From positions 148,492,001 to 148,556,000 of the forward strand of contig NC_058368.1 in assembly GCF_018350175.1 (NCBI RefSeq): a stretch of 64,000 nt of DNA, written 5' to 3'. A model generated the notes under the pieces. It worked only from the letters and a program-made list of their open reading frames with translations. It made no database searches and was not told where the DNA came from. This document shows, piece after piece, positions 50,618 through 63,870 of this stretch. Made by a program: the position numbers and the translations under genes. Numbering within the stretch: position 1 is the stretch's first letter; each line of letters opens with the position of its first letter. The stretch comes from Felis catus (lineage: Eukaryota).

Positions 50618-52324
50618 CTTTACAAAGAACAGCCCTGAGAGAATTTATTCTATAATGCACAGACTTGGTATACCCTACAGAGTGAAAATTGTTTTGAAAC
50701 AACTGCTTATAAGCCCTTTCATAAAATTAAACAGATACACACACACACACTCACACAAAGTCCACATTAAGTGTGCACATGCCGGTGGACTCATTACATC
50801 ATTGGCTTCTGAAAACAAGAGCACAGGCTTAGTCATCAGGCAGTTCATTAAAGTTCATTAAGCTGCTTTCTCAACTATGGATAGAAAATCTCCCGAATTT
50901 TAAGTTTGTATGTTCACATGTATGTTGCTCATCATGAAGAACAGTAATGTGCTCATTAATTCAAGTAATCATTCCCCAAATACCAATCATGTGAAGGCAC
51001 TAAGGGGACAATAAGGATCCATGCTGCAAGGTATCACACAGTCTGATGTATGGTTAGAAGGCAGGACCGAAATAATAGTAACGCAAGGAAGACTAAGAAA
51101 AGAAATTGTCTAAAAAGAGCAATTATGAATACTTGCACTGCTGATAAAGAGTTATTGGTGTTATCCTTGTGCTTTGTAAAAATTATCTTAGTTATGTGTT
51201 AGCACTTATAACACCATGTTTAAAAAACACTATGAACACTTGTTTTACTTAAACATTAAGTGATGTCATCTTTGTCACTTTGTCAGATTTATTGGCTTTG
51301 GAAATGTGTGTCTCTTCTCTAGACAAAATGAAAGAAGTAGTTGAGAATTTTTCTTTTTATCTTCTTGTGCTGAAAGTTAAATTGTGTTACCATTTATTTA
51401 TGTTTCCAAACAAAATCTTGATTTATTTAATAAATACAATGCTACCTTATTGAAAGAAATAGGCTTTTAAGGGGCAAAGTGTGTACTCTTACTTCATTTT
51501 AAAAACAGAATTAGCCTATCAAATTTTCTAAAATGATGGAATATTTTTTCTATTTTATTCATTTTTAGTGTTATGTAATTTCACTGCCATATATACCCAT
51601 TTTGTGAAGATATTATACATATACATACAATAAATAATTGTAATTATTGATTAAAATAATTATGTAATCGTTGAATTACACATATCTAACAACTTTTCAG
51701 TTGGCAGCAATAAAATAATATAATACTGAAAGGATAAAAATGCCTATGACCTAATCTTACTTTCTTAACTTCCATTGTGTAGTCACATCATTGTACATTG
51801 TATTTGATAAAAGAGGAAACAAAACTAATCACTATTAAACACTTTCTAAATTATGTTATGTTACTATGATTTCAAAAGCATGTATAATTTCTTTTTTGTT
51901 AATTGATCAAAGGGTCCGTAGGTAAAATATACATAATAATAATAATAATTCAGAAGAATTTCAAGAGGCAAAACATACTTGGGCCTTTAATATCCAAATT
52001 GACTTTCAATATTAATAAAATACAGTTCTCCTTTAGGTTAGTAGATTTTACACCTTTTATTTCAAAGCAAATACTTTCTGGTTCCACTAGAGAAGAATGG
52101 AAATGAGAAGTATAAAGATTTGAAACTAGTGTTGATTAACATTGCACCTTTCTTTCAAGACGATTTAACTAGCATGATCTTAGTCTCAGAGGAAAAAATC
52201 AGGGTTCTGAAAATGTAACTCCTGCCATAGATTCCAACAGCCTAGTGTACAAATCCCTTCCCTGCAGTACGTTTGAAAATATCAACAGAATAACAAGCAG
52301 AGAACATCTATAAACATTAAAGAC

Positions 52325-53025
52325 TTTCATTCAACATGTATTAGCTGTTATCTATTTCACAAATACTCTGCCAGGTACTCAGCCTCTAACTGTGAATAAA
52401 GCACTCATGGTATCAAAGAATCAAATATTTCAGAAGCACTTATCTGTGGGATCTCACCTGCTTTCATGACTAAGGATAAAATCTGAAGGCAAAGTACAAA
52501 TTGGCAAGGGGAAAGAAAGGAGTAGGAGGGTGTTTCTAGGTGAACAAGGGCAAATCCCAGACGTAAAAACAAAGAAAACAGGCTGGACAGTATTAAATAT
52601 AGGAATAACTCAGAAGGCTCAAGGATATGGTGAAAAGACTAGTGGTAAAAATGAAGCTGGAGAAGTTGAAAAAAAGTCAATTAATCAATGTGTTAAATTT
52701 TAAATTTTATCCTAAGAGTGAGTCATGGGATTTTTTTTTCAGGTATGGAAGTACATGTTCCAATTTAAAATTATCACAGTGGCTATAAAAGTTAAAATGT
52801 ATTGGGTTAGGGGAAGAACAGAAGCAGGGAGAAGATCCAGGAGCTTCATACAGAAATTTAATAGTATCTTTTTTTGATATAGGATATAATTTTAAGAGGG
52901 ACCAGACTTAAGAGACTTCTAGGTTGTTATATCAAAAGGATATGTTAAGTTATTGTAAGTGGAATGAGTGAGAAAGAAAAATCAAATACGTTTCCAAGTT
53001 TGTGGCTTGGGAACCTGGATAGATT
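52325..53025 (-). mobile_element. L2 3' region
   Basis: tcattcaacatgtatt...ctctgccaggtact...ttttatcctaagagtg...ccaagtttgtggcttgggaacctggatagat. Confidence 0.7.
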
Positions 53026-53296
53026 TCAGACTAAGTGATTGATCATCATCACTTGTACCAATGAAATATGAGCACCTCTCCAAATCTTCCAGACTCTAGT
53101 GCCTGTGTTCTATCCAGGATATCCCTACACTGCCATTTTACATTTTATTTATATACTTTAATTTGAAGTCAAATGAGAATGGAGACATAGTCTCTTAATT
53201 GACAAACATTTGTTAAGCTCTATTTATGTATGTGGAAAATACTGTGTTAGATATTCTCTGTGGGTAAGTCTATTGGGGAGAGGGGTAGATGATTTA

Positions 53297-53298
53297 TT

Positions 53299-53344
<46 letters not shown>

Positions 53345-53395
53345 GACATAGAGACATAGAGACATAGAGACATACATACATACATACATACATGT
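53297..53395. repeat. Compound microsatellite (GATA)n-(GACATAGA)n-(CATA)n
   Basis: Direct observation. Confidence 0.95.
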
Positions 53396-54294
53396 CTATG
53401 TAGGTGAGTTCCCATCATCAATAAGCTCAATAGCTTAAAGACATGAGGTATATGCAAGAAAAATGGTAACCCTATTGGGAACAAAGTTATGAAAGTTCAT
53501 AGAAAGTAAAAAATGCTCTAACTACAAGGTCCACATAAGATTCCTTCTCCATCAAAGACCAAAGTAGGTCAATCAAAATAGGGAAAGGAGAGAAACTGTT
53601 TTAAGAAAGCACTGAAGCATAGCTGTAGACAAATGGGAAACAGCAGCAGTAGATAGACCAGTCTGACAAATAGTTATAAGGGCAAAAGCTTTAGGACAAC
53701 TCTAAATCTAAGAAAATAGAAAACATGTTTCTGAAAATAGTGACTGCAGTTTTTCTATCTAAAAAAATCTAATTTCCTTACAGAGGCAAAGGCTGCTGTA
53801 CTTTTCTTTTCATACCTATAGTTATTAATCTTTCTCAATAATTTTATATTTAAATATGGACAATATGTATACATGGCTGTACATATAAATCTATCATGAA
53901 AATCCAATATAGCGAAATGTACAGTTAGAGATAGCATATGTCAGCAAAAGGAACATCAAATGTTTAACCTCTCAGTATGATTCCTTAATTTAGTATTTTG
54001 GTGAAATTTAAGCATTCTAAATTATATCAGCAAATCAATAAATCATTTTGGTTAGTATCATGATTCATCTCTTAAACCTTATCAGTGACACAACATAAAA
54101 AATGTCTGTTGACCTTGATTTCTTAACTCATTTCCAACATCATTGCTTATTTTGTAGAACAAATTCACTGTGTATCTGGATTGAAAAAAAAATAAATTAA
54201 ATTTGAATACACCTAAACTATATAGGATAGGAGATATCTTATTTACTTTTATAAATTCCCTGTGTTTCCTGCAGTATATTTCATGTAACAGGAT

Positions 54295-54498
54295 ATGTAT
54301 GTATCTATATACATACATGTATACATACATATATACATACATGTATCCATCTCTCTCTTTTATATATATAGATATGTATATATATACATATCTATATATC
54401 TCTCTCTATATATATATACTCTATATATCTATATATAGAGATATAGATCTATATATATCTATATATATATACTCATATATATATAGAAATATATATAT
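54295..54498. repeat. (TA)n-derived low-complexity tract with palindromes
   Basis: Direct observation. Confidence 0.9.
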
Positions 54499-54569
54499 TC
54501 TTTGCAGTTCTAGGAAAAGTTTAATCCTGATAGATCTAAAGGAATAAAGTTACAGCCACAAAATAATGA

Positions 54570-54760
54570 TAATATAATATAGCAATAGTAACTACACAGT
54601 GCCAGTTATTTTATATGTGACCATTTATAAAATTCTAATAATGGTCTTATAAAGAAGGGGATATTATTGCACCATTTAGTAGATGCTGAAGCTAAAGCTT
54701 CGTGAGAAACAACCATCTCCTTAAAATAATACAGACAGTAATGGTGGTGATATATCTTAT
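54570..54760 (-). mobile_element. MIR
   Basis: atattattgcaccatttagtagatgctgaagctaaagctt...acagacagtaatggtggtga. Confidence 0.55.
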
Positions 54761-54809
54761 CTTTGGAGTTTATCTGTCCTCTATAGACAAATGCATAGAG
54801 AAAAAGAAG

Positions 54810-55570
54810 CCCAACACAGACCTAGTGGGGAATCCCAAATCCTTATGCCTATTTCAGAAGATGGTGGAAAAACCACCAGCAGTTGTGACAGAGAGGGCCT
54901 GAACCTCTTGGCTCCTGCTTTATAACTAATCCTAGTAAGTGGTCTGATGTGCTTACAGTGACAGCAGCAAAGTCTCAGTACCTGCTTCTCCACATTTGGG
55001 GCACTTACATGTGGTCTGACTCATAAGCAGCAGCACAACAATGAAGCATCTGGCTATTCCAGCCTCTGATACATAACCTGAAAGGAACCAGAAAAGTTGG
55101 GAGTAGAGGGGTGGGGAGTAGTGTCCTATATATTCATGTCTACAAGAGCAGCAAAGCTCCATGTCTCCCTAATTTCCACCCAGTGGCTTCAGGAGACCTA
55201 GGCCCAGTAACTTCTGTGCCACCTGCTCCAAGAATAAAACAGACCAGAAAATTACTGCAAGGGCTCTGAAAACTAAACTGTCATTGAAACTAAAATCCAC
55301 AAAAGTAGACCAACAATCAAAAGCTAAATCCAAAAAGGGTACCTGCCTGCTAAAGCAATCCAGTTAGGTTTAAGATTAAGACAGAATTGAAAGTCTCCTA
55401 TCATAATAACCAAGATATTTGGGATATAATTAAATATCACCTGTTCATACCAAGAACCAGGCACAGAATAATTTAAATGATAAAAGACAATCAACAGATG
55501 TAAACACCAAGATAAATGAGATGTTGGGATTGTCTGACATGTATTTTCAGTAGCTGTCACTAAAATATTT
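54810..55570 (+). mobile_element. Old L1 5'UTR/ORF1 start (L1MD/L1MC 5' end-like)
   Basis: aactaaactgtcattgaaac...cataccaagaaccagg...aaaagacaatcaacagatg...gatgttgggattgtctgaca. Confidence 0.65.
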
Positions 55571-56154
55571 AATGGAATAGTATTCAGCCAAGAAAAAAGG
55601 AAATCCTGCCATTTGTGACAATATGTATGGAGCCTGAGGGCATTATGCTAAATGAAATAAGTCAGAGAGAACCAAATACAGTATGATATTACTTTTATGA
55701 AGAATCTGAAAAAAACAGAATTCATCATCTCTTAGGTATATTGGAATATTATGCATATGGAATATTATTAACCACAAAAAACCCAGAAAATCTTTTCCAT
55801 TTGCAACAACATAAATGGATCTTGAGGGCATCATTCTAAGGGAAACAAGTCAGCCAGAGAAAGACAAATACCAGACCTCACTTATATGTGAAATAAAAAC
55901 AAAACAAAACAAAACAAAAAAAAAAACAAAAAACAAAAAACAACAACAATAACAAAAAACCCTCATAGATACAGAGAAAAGACTGGAGGTTGCCAGAGGC
56001 AAGGGGTGTGGGGGTTGGCAAAATGTGTGAAGGAAATCAATAGTTACACACTTCTAATTATAAAATAAGTAAGTCATGGGAAGGTAATATATAGCATGAT
56101 GACTATAGTTAAAAACACTCTTATTGTATATATGAGAGTTAAGAGAATAGATTT

Positions 56155-56933
56155 TTTTATTAAATATAATTTATTGTCAGATTGGTTTCCATACAACACC
56201 CAGTGCTCATCCCATCCGGTGCCCTCCTCAATGCCCATCACCCACTTTCCCCTCCCTCCCCCCCCATCAACCCTCAGTTTGTTCTCAGTATTTAAGAGCC
56301 TCTTATAGTTTGCCTCCCTCCCTCCCTGTAAAATTTTTCCCACTTCCCCTCCCCCATAGTTCTCTGTTGAGTTTCTCAGGATCCACATATGAATGAAAAC
56401 ATATGGTATCTGTCTTTCTCTGCCTGACTTATTTCACTTAGCATAATACTCTCCAGTTCCATCCACGTTGCTACCAAGGGCCAGATTTCATTCTTCCTCA
56501 TTGCCAAGTAGTATTCCATTGTATATATAAACCACAATTTCTTTATCCATTCGTCAGTCGATGGACATTTAGGCTCTTTCCATAATTTGGTTATTGTTGA
56601 AAGTGCTGCTATAAACATTAGGGTACAAATGCCTGTATGCATCAGCACTCCTGTATCCCTTGGGTAAATTCCTAGCAGTGCTACTGCTGGGTCATAGGGT
56701 AGGTCTATTTTTAATTTTTTGAGAAACCTCCACACTGTTTTCCAGAGTGTCTGCACCAGTTTGCATTCCCACGAATAGTGCAAGAAGGTTCCTGTATGTC
56801 CACATCCTTGCCAGCATCTATAGTCTCCTGATTTTTTCATTTTAGCCACTCTGACCAGCGTGAGGCGTTATCTCAGTGTGGTTTTGAATTGTATTTTCCT
56901 GATGAGGAGTGACGTTGAGCATCTTTCATGTCA
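56155..56933 (-). mobile_element. Relatively young 5'-truncated feline L1 3' end
   Basis: Open 157-aa ORF2 C-terminus (56376-56849); TSD ttaagagaatagattt (56139-56154) / ttaagataatacattt (56934-56949). Confidence 0.93.
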
Positions 56934-56965
56934 TTAAGATAATACATTTTAAAAGTTCTTATCAT

Positions 56966-57190
56966 GAGGCGCCTGGGTGGCTCAGTCAGTTAAGCGTCCG
57001 ACTTGGCTCAGGTCATGATCTCATGGTTCATGGGTTTGAGCCCCCCATCAGGCTCCATGCTGACACTGTAGAGCCTGCTTCGGATCCTCTGTCCCCCTCT
57101 CTCTCAGCCCGTTCTCCAGAGTGCCCTACTCCTCTCTGTCCCTCTGTCCCCTTCCTCTCTCTGTCCCTCCTCTCTCAAAAATATTTTTTT
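56966..57190 (+). mobile_element. CAN-SINE
   Basis: gaggcgcctgggtggctcagtcagttaagcgtccg head; flanks aaagttcttatca / aaagttatcatca. Confidence 0.93.
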
Positions 57191-57398
57191 AAAGTTATCA
57201 TCACAAGTAAAAAATACTTGTAACTATGTGTAGTATATAATGTCAACTAGACTCATCATGGTGGTTATTTCACAAAATACATGTACATCAAATCATTATG
57301 TTATACATCTGAAACTAGTATATATCAATTACATATATCTCAATAAAAGAAAACTATAATGAGATATCACTGTACATCTATCAAAATGACTAAAGTAA

Positions 57399-57599
57399 GG
57401 GGCGCCTGGGTGGCGCAGTGGTTAAGCGTCGGACTTCGGCCAGGTCACGATCTCGCGGTCCTGAGTTCGAGCCCCGCGTCAGGCTCTGGGCTGATGGCTC
57501 GGAGCCTGGAGCCTGTTTCCGATTCTGTGTCTCCCTCTCTCTCTGCCCCTCCCCCGTTCATGCTCTGTCTCTCTGTCCCCAAAAAATAAACATCAAAAA
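57399..57599 (+). mobile_element. Young CAN-SINE
   Basis: CpG-rich; perfect 16-bp TSD aaaatgactaaagtaa at 57383-57398 and 57600-57615. Confidence 0.97.
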
Positions 57600-57758
57600 A
57601 AAATGACTAAAGTAAAACTTTTAAATGGTGATAACAAGATGTTATCTTTTTATATTCATGTGAAGACACTGGGTCACTAATATAATGCTAGTAAAAAAGT
57701 AAAATGGTAAAGTTACCCTGCATGTTCCTTTTAAAAGTACAAATAGTCTTTCCATACA

Positions 57759-58004
57759 TGTTAATTAGGGTTCTGCAGAGAGCAGAACCAACAGAATATA
57801 CTGGCATGGTTCATATGATAGTCTTGAAACAGAGTTTCTCCATGTTGAGGCAACTCCCATTTTGAAGAGCAATTTCTTAAAGTTAACTGAATGTAGATCT
57901 TAAACCATATTTATAAAATGCCTTCAATAACACCTAAATCAGTCTTTGATTAAACGACTGGGTACTACAACTAGCCAAAGTGCTACATAAAGCTAAACCA
58001 TATA
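57759..58004 (-). mobile_element. ERVL LTR (MLT2D-like), internally deleted
   Basis: tagggttctgcagagagcagaaccaacagaa...ctgggtactacaactagccaaagtgctacataaagctaaacca. Confidence 0.75.
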
Positions 58005-58732
58005 CCTTATTACATACCAGCAACTACATTATTAGACATATACACCAGAGATATGAAAACTTACTTTCACCTAGCAATCCGTATATCAATGTTCATAAGC
58101 ATCTTGATTTCATAGCCAAAATCTAGAAAACTATCTAAATATCCTTCAAAGGATGAATGGTTAAATAAACAGTAGAATATCCATATGAAATATTATTTAT
58201 AAAAAAAGGAACAAACTATTAATACAAGCAACAAGTCAGATAAACCTCAAAGAAAGAATTCCTCGTAAAATAACCCAATCTCAAAAGGATACATGCTGTA
58301 TGATTCTGGTACTGCAAGGGCAGTTGTGGTAATGGTCGAGTTAATTACCTTGATTGTGGCTATGGTTCCATGAGGCTACATACGATAAAACTGCACAGAC
58401 ATACACACAAACTGGTGAAATCAGAAAAATCTTCATGGGTTGTGCTCATGTTAATTTTTGTATTTTATATTTTACTATTGTTATGTACAATGTTAGCACT
58501 GGAGGAGGCTGGGTGAAGTTTACACAGGACCTCTCTATACATTTATTTGTACCTTCCTGTGAATCTGTATTTCAAGATAACAAGTTTTCTTCAAAAAATC
58601 AAGACAGACTAATAAGCAAAAAATTAACATAAACAGCGGATTTATGGCCATTCTTCATTAGGTTGTTTCATCAGTGTTGTTCACTTACATAAAAGATAAG
58701 CTCTCAAACTTTTTGTTTATATAAGAAATCTA

Positions 58733-58897
58733 GGGGCTCCTGGGTGGTTCAGTTGGTTAAGCGTCTGACTTCAGCTCAGGTCATGATCTCATAGCTCATG
58801 AGTTCAAGCCCCGTGTCAGGCTCTGTGCTGACAGCTCAGAGACTGGAGCCTGCATTAGATTCTGTGTTTCCCTCTCTCTCTGCCCCTCCCCACTCGT

Positions 58898-58936
<39 letters not shown>

Positions 58937-59002
58937 AATCTCTCTATATATATCTCTATCTCTCTCTCAAAAATAAATAAACATTAAAAAATTTAAAAAT
59001 AA
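58733..59002 (+). mobile_element. CAN-SINE with expanded/duplicated (CT)n tail
   Basis: TSD ataagaaatctag at 58721-58733 and 59003-59015. Confidence 0.95.
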
Positions 59003-59079
59003 ATAAGAAATCTAGCAATCTGTTTTAGACATGAAATTTCCCTCCCTATGTATCCTTCCAAGAAAAAAAAAAAAAACTT

Positions 59080-59400
59080 GATTCCTAGAAGTGGGGAGTG
59101 ATATAAGAAGACAGACTCCAAATGTGAGTTTTTTCAGGGTAGGCATCAGCTCCAGAGAATTGTTTTGCCAAATGTCTGACTTCTTTCAAGAAAGCACTTA
59201 TCCAGTGACTGAGTGAGGCAGCAGAATAGAAGCCAGCAAGTTTGAGGACTATTCTCCCCAGAGCTCCTTGTAAGTTGGATGAGTATTTGTTGGGTCTAAA
59301 TCACAGTTCAATACCTCCTTCTGCCTAATCCTGTTTCCTTCTTCTTTTTACTAATATTAGTCTCTGATAAACATCTTGCCATTCCCACTCTGATAAGAAA
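59080..59400 (+). mobile_element. ERVL LTR (LTR16-like)
   Basis: atccagtgactg...cagagctcctt...cacagttcaatacctccttctgcctaatcctgtttccttc...gataaacatcttgc. Confidence 0.6.
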
Positions 59401-61409
59401 TTACCTACACGTGAAGACTAGAGTAACTGCTGCTTAAATTAGGGAAAGTGCACTAAATGAAATATTGTGCAATTAACTAAGGTGATGTTTTTGAAAAAGT
59501 TTTTAATTACTTAGTTAATGTTTATTTTATAATGTTAAATAAAATCACTATGGATATTGAATTTTTAAGATAATTTCAATATGTGAATGTATATACACCA
59601 ATCATAAAAATAATATCTATGTTTGATTATGTATTATTTCATTCTAGTTGCTGTTTTATGGATTTGTATAAATCTTCTGTAATAATCATGGATTGTTCTT
59701 ATAATTAAAAAAAACACTAGTTACCAAATGATCAAAAACTGTATAAGAATGCCAAACTAAGGAAGAAAGTTAATTTTCACTCAAATTAAAACTTAATTGG
59801 AATTAAGTCTTTGTCTGTGACTCAAGTTGATTTTATTTTATTTCTATTCTTCCCTTGCATTCAATGTTTTACCAGAAAAATTCTTCATAGATGAGTTTAA
59901 CTGTTAAGCATATAGTGCTTATACCTAACTTAAGTAATGATCACACATGAAAGTAGAGATTATTTTAGGGCTGCAATTTCTCACATTTGAAAGAGAAATT
60001 TTATCCATAATTGCTATAAGTATAAAGAGATGTTTCAAGTATCAATTTTAGAAAAATTTAGAAGGTAACTTTTGGGTCAACTATTCTAAATGGTGGATCA
60101 TTACCTTTATTGATAGCTTGAAATGAAATTCAGGGGTAATTGTAACACATCATGGCCTCATTTGGATTTGCTATGAAAGTTTTAATTATAAAACTGATTA
60201 AATAACACAATTCCTTTAGTGGATCATTCAGCATTATACCCACTTCTAACCTTTTCATTCTAGATTTTCCTAGATAACAATGAAATAAACAAAGCATATA
60301 TGTACAAAATGGTAATATGCTTGATTATCATTTTTCTACTTTTTTACAAACAACTTTTTCTGCATAAAAAACCTTTACCCTGTCCTAAAATGGGAGTATT
60401 TTGATGTTTGATAAAGACATTTGTTGCAGATTAAAAAGTGTGAATAACTATGTATATTTAAATGTTAAATGCCACATTAAGTATGGGAATATTTTTAACA
60501 TGGAAAATTATGAGAAATTTTCCTAAAGAAGACCTTTGTACTATATAAGCATTATATAATATATATCATATATCATATAACACACATATATATTTCCATG
60601 CATTTGTATAGTCTTTGTATTGCCCAAATATTTTATACATCTACTCCTTGCTTTCACAGGTTACACAAACTTATAGGAGAAAAACACACATTTAAATGAC
60701 ATATTACAATGGTAGTGAAAATTATCTTTGCTTTTGAGTCTCCATTGAATAGAATCTAGTAATCTTTCTTTCCAGCAGAGTGCCAATGCTTCCTTTTTTT
60801 CTGGCAATTATTCTATTCTTGATGACTCCGCTTTTCTTTCCTCTTCCTTCCAGATATATGAAATTTTGCCTACAGTTTTCTTGCTTCTTAGCATTGAGAG
60901 AATTTGTTTTTATGTCAGGAAAAGAAAAGAGAACCTGATTCTAAAATCTCTCCAAAAGGCACATAAAAGGTGATTATTTCAATCTCTTTGGGTTCCAGTA
61001 GGTATTTCCACTGGATTGCATCAAAGGACATTCCAGCTGGTAACACACTGCTCTACATTTAAAAGAATGTTTCTGTGACCATATATAAGACACTATTACT
61101 CATTTCTAACTCTGGGCAGTTTCCTCTTTTGCAGAGTGTTATTTCAGATATTAGAAGGGCACATTATTCTAAAATCTTGACCCAGTGTTCTAAGGACAAC
61201 AGTCAATAAAGGGTAATTTCAATATTTCTCAAACAAGGCATCTTCTGATGATATGATATGGTAAACAAATCTTCTGCATAGACCTAGAAATTCAGAGTAC
61301 TTCCTTAGACTATGGCTAGGCACACAATGACCTGACCAATAATACAGTAATATAGAAAAGACAGAGAGTAATTATTTTAATATACAGGAATGAAAACTAA
61401 GCCTCAAAT

Positions 61410-61740
61410 ATAAAATATTGCATATTTAATCTTATTTAATCCCACAAAGAATTCTTTAAATTTATTAATAATATCCACATTTGTAAAGTTTATTTATTTA
61501 TTTGTGAGGGAGGGAGGAAGACAGAGAGAGAGAGAGAGAGAGAGAATTCCCAACAGGCTCTGCACTATCAGGAACTGTGAGATCATGACCTGAGCCAACA
61601 CTGAGCCAGATGCTTAACCCACTAAGCCACCCAGGTGCCCCAATAATATCCACGTTTGACAAATAAGCATATTGAATCTCTAGACTATTATCATTTTCAC
61701 ATATTGCATAACTAAATAAGCAGTAAAACAGACAAGAATT
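61410..61740 (-). mobile_element. MIR interrupted by a SINE
   Basis: tcttatttaatcccacaaagaattct...atccacgtttgacaaataagcatattgaatct...actaaataagcagtaaaac. Confidence 0.55.
61484..61641 (-). mobile_element. CAN-SINE with internal deletion
   Basis: TSD aataatatccac(a/g)tttg at 61467-61483 and 61642-61658. Confidence 0.93.
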
Positions 61741-61819
61741 TCTGAAATTGCTGCCAATGGACTTTCATTATCAGAAACTGGTGGGAGTGATGATAAGAAA
61801 TGATTCCACCCTTCAATTA

Positions 61820-61915
61820 CTTCAATGAGGCATATTGAGTGTGAAATTCAGATATCTGCATTTCCAACAGGTTAACTGGGTGATTCTGAGGAATATAAAA
61901 ATTTGAGAAACTTCT
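61820..61915. mobile_element. MER5A-like fragment
   Basis: atctgcatttccaacagg...ggtgattctga...atttgagaaact. Confidence 0.5.
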
Positions 61916-62599
61916 TTATAGGCCTTTTGCCTTCTACTTTAAAAATATATAAATGCAATAATTTAAATTTGGATATATAATCTAAAAATATGAAAATACA
62001 CATTTCATATATATATATTTCAATGTATATATTTCAATATATATATATATATATATATTTCAATGTACTACTGGTGCATTAATTTTTAAAAACTAATGAA
62101 TGAGTGACAATGCTTAGCTTAGAGTTGTCAGATTGTAGTCAAATTTGACACATCAGTAATAGTGACCTGAAATACTAACTTGAAACAAATTAAGGTTGTA
62201 TGTAGGTAAAGGAAAAAAGGTGCTATAATCTAGTAACTTAGACTTCTACAGTCAAAGAATAGATAAATGGCTCCATACTTGTCAAGTGTTTACTAGCCTT
62301 GAAATAGCTTTTATTATACCTATATTGATGTTCAACCCACCTTGTGGCATTAACTTTTCAAACACTATTGTTAGTGGCAAAAATTCCAAAGTTCTAACCA
62401 GTAAAACTTAGATTCAACTTTTAAAACTGATATATTAACCATGGAAACTGGAAATAGCATTTCCAAGTCTCAATTTTTGAAAGTAGGTTTGTATGTGCAC
62501 ATATATATACACATACACATATATGTCTTTAATAGACTTTAATTTTATAAAGAATACATGAATATATGCAAATCTATTTACATAATGACTGCATGAGGA

Positions 62600-63828
62600 G
62601 TTCTACAGACCCTGGACCCAATGAAAGAACAATGAATGGTGAAAAACATAAAGGTGTATACATAAACACTAATGAAACGATTATCTGCTCAGACGTATTC
62701 CTAAGAGAAAAGTCTCTGGAAATTTTCCCAGAGGAATAATAAAAATGAAGTATCTCTTTAAGAAAAATCTAAATGTCAGTGAGAACATTAAGTCTGAGGC
62801 ACTTGAACCCTGAGCCACTCACTCCCTTTGTAACCCTTTAGTCAGCCGCCATTGGGAAGGACAGGCAGTCAGCATTATCTTTCGCCCCAACTCTGTGTTG
62901 CAGAGACTAAATATCAGGTGAATGAAGCTGAGAATATGAGGGCTCCTTTTTTTCATACAGTCCTCAATTATAGGGTAGAGGGTCTGAATCAGTTAATGAA
63001 AGATAAGAAAATGGGAACCCCAGTCACCTTCACTCTAGCTCCATGACCACAACAAGTGAAAGCATAGGTTAGCTATTTTACCAGAGAGAACCAGAGAAAG
63101 AGACAGCTATGACAAGCCCTTTTGTGGTCAGAGATCAAAGCCTTTCCTCAAAAACTACCTTGGAAAGTAGGGGCCCAAATTCAACTGGATCAGACTTTGG
63201 TGTAAGTTAACCTCCCAGTCACTGATGCAAACAATAGAGCAACCTGTAAGCCATCAATGGTTAATTATGATAACTACAGAACCCTTAGCAGAAGTATCAA
63301 GGAGAGATAATAAAAAAGAACCTGCTAAAACCATTGTCATCATAGGGTAACTAAACATGTCCAGCTGTGCCCTCTGAGGAATGACATTGAAAACTTCTGA
63401 TAGAGGGAAAATAGACTTCACTAAAATAATACAACTAAGTCACTAAAAAGTGAAACAAACAACAATAACAAGCCCCAGAATGGGAGTCAGTAGTCAGAAT
63501 TACTAAAACATTTCCTCTAAAATATCCAATTATAAAAGTTAATATAATAAACTTTACATTTATGCATGTTCTCCTTTCTTTTGTTAGTCTTTAATGACAT
63601 GCAATTATATAAAATAAAAATTATAGTATTGTACTATTGGTCTTATTACATATATAGATGTAATTGGTATAAGAATAATAGCACAAAAAAAAACAGGAAA
63701 AGGGAATACAGCTGTATAGAGGAAAAAGTTTGTATCTCACTGGAATTAAATTACTGTGAGTAAGAAATAAATTCTGATAAGTTAAAATATATGTGCTAAG
63801 TCCCAGAGCACCTAAGATAATAACATAT

Positions 63829-63870
<42 letters not shown>

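Larger units (their letters stand above)
55571..57354 (+). mobile_element. L1MA9-like 3' end, split by a young antisense L1 and a SINE
   Basis: ORF2 terminus present twice (55571-55725 and from ~55757); 3'UTR ataaaataagtaagtcatggg; resumes at 57191 and ends atctcaataaaa. Confidence 0.8.
57355..58615 (+). mobile_element. Old L1 3' end (L1MC/L1MD-like) with SINE and MLT2 insertions
   Basis: aatgagatatcactgtacatctatcaaaatgactaaa...aaatatccttcaaaggatgaatggttaaataaac...ggaggctgggtgaagtttacacaggacctctc. Confidence 0.8.

Noticed and set aside
54082..54547. Tyr/Ile-rich ORFs of 86 and 114 aa
   Set aside because: Translation of (TA)n low-complexity DNA
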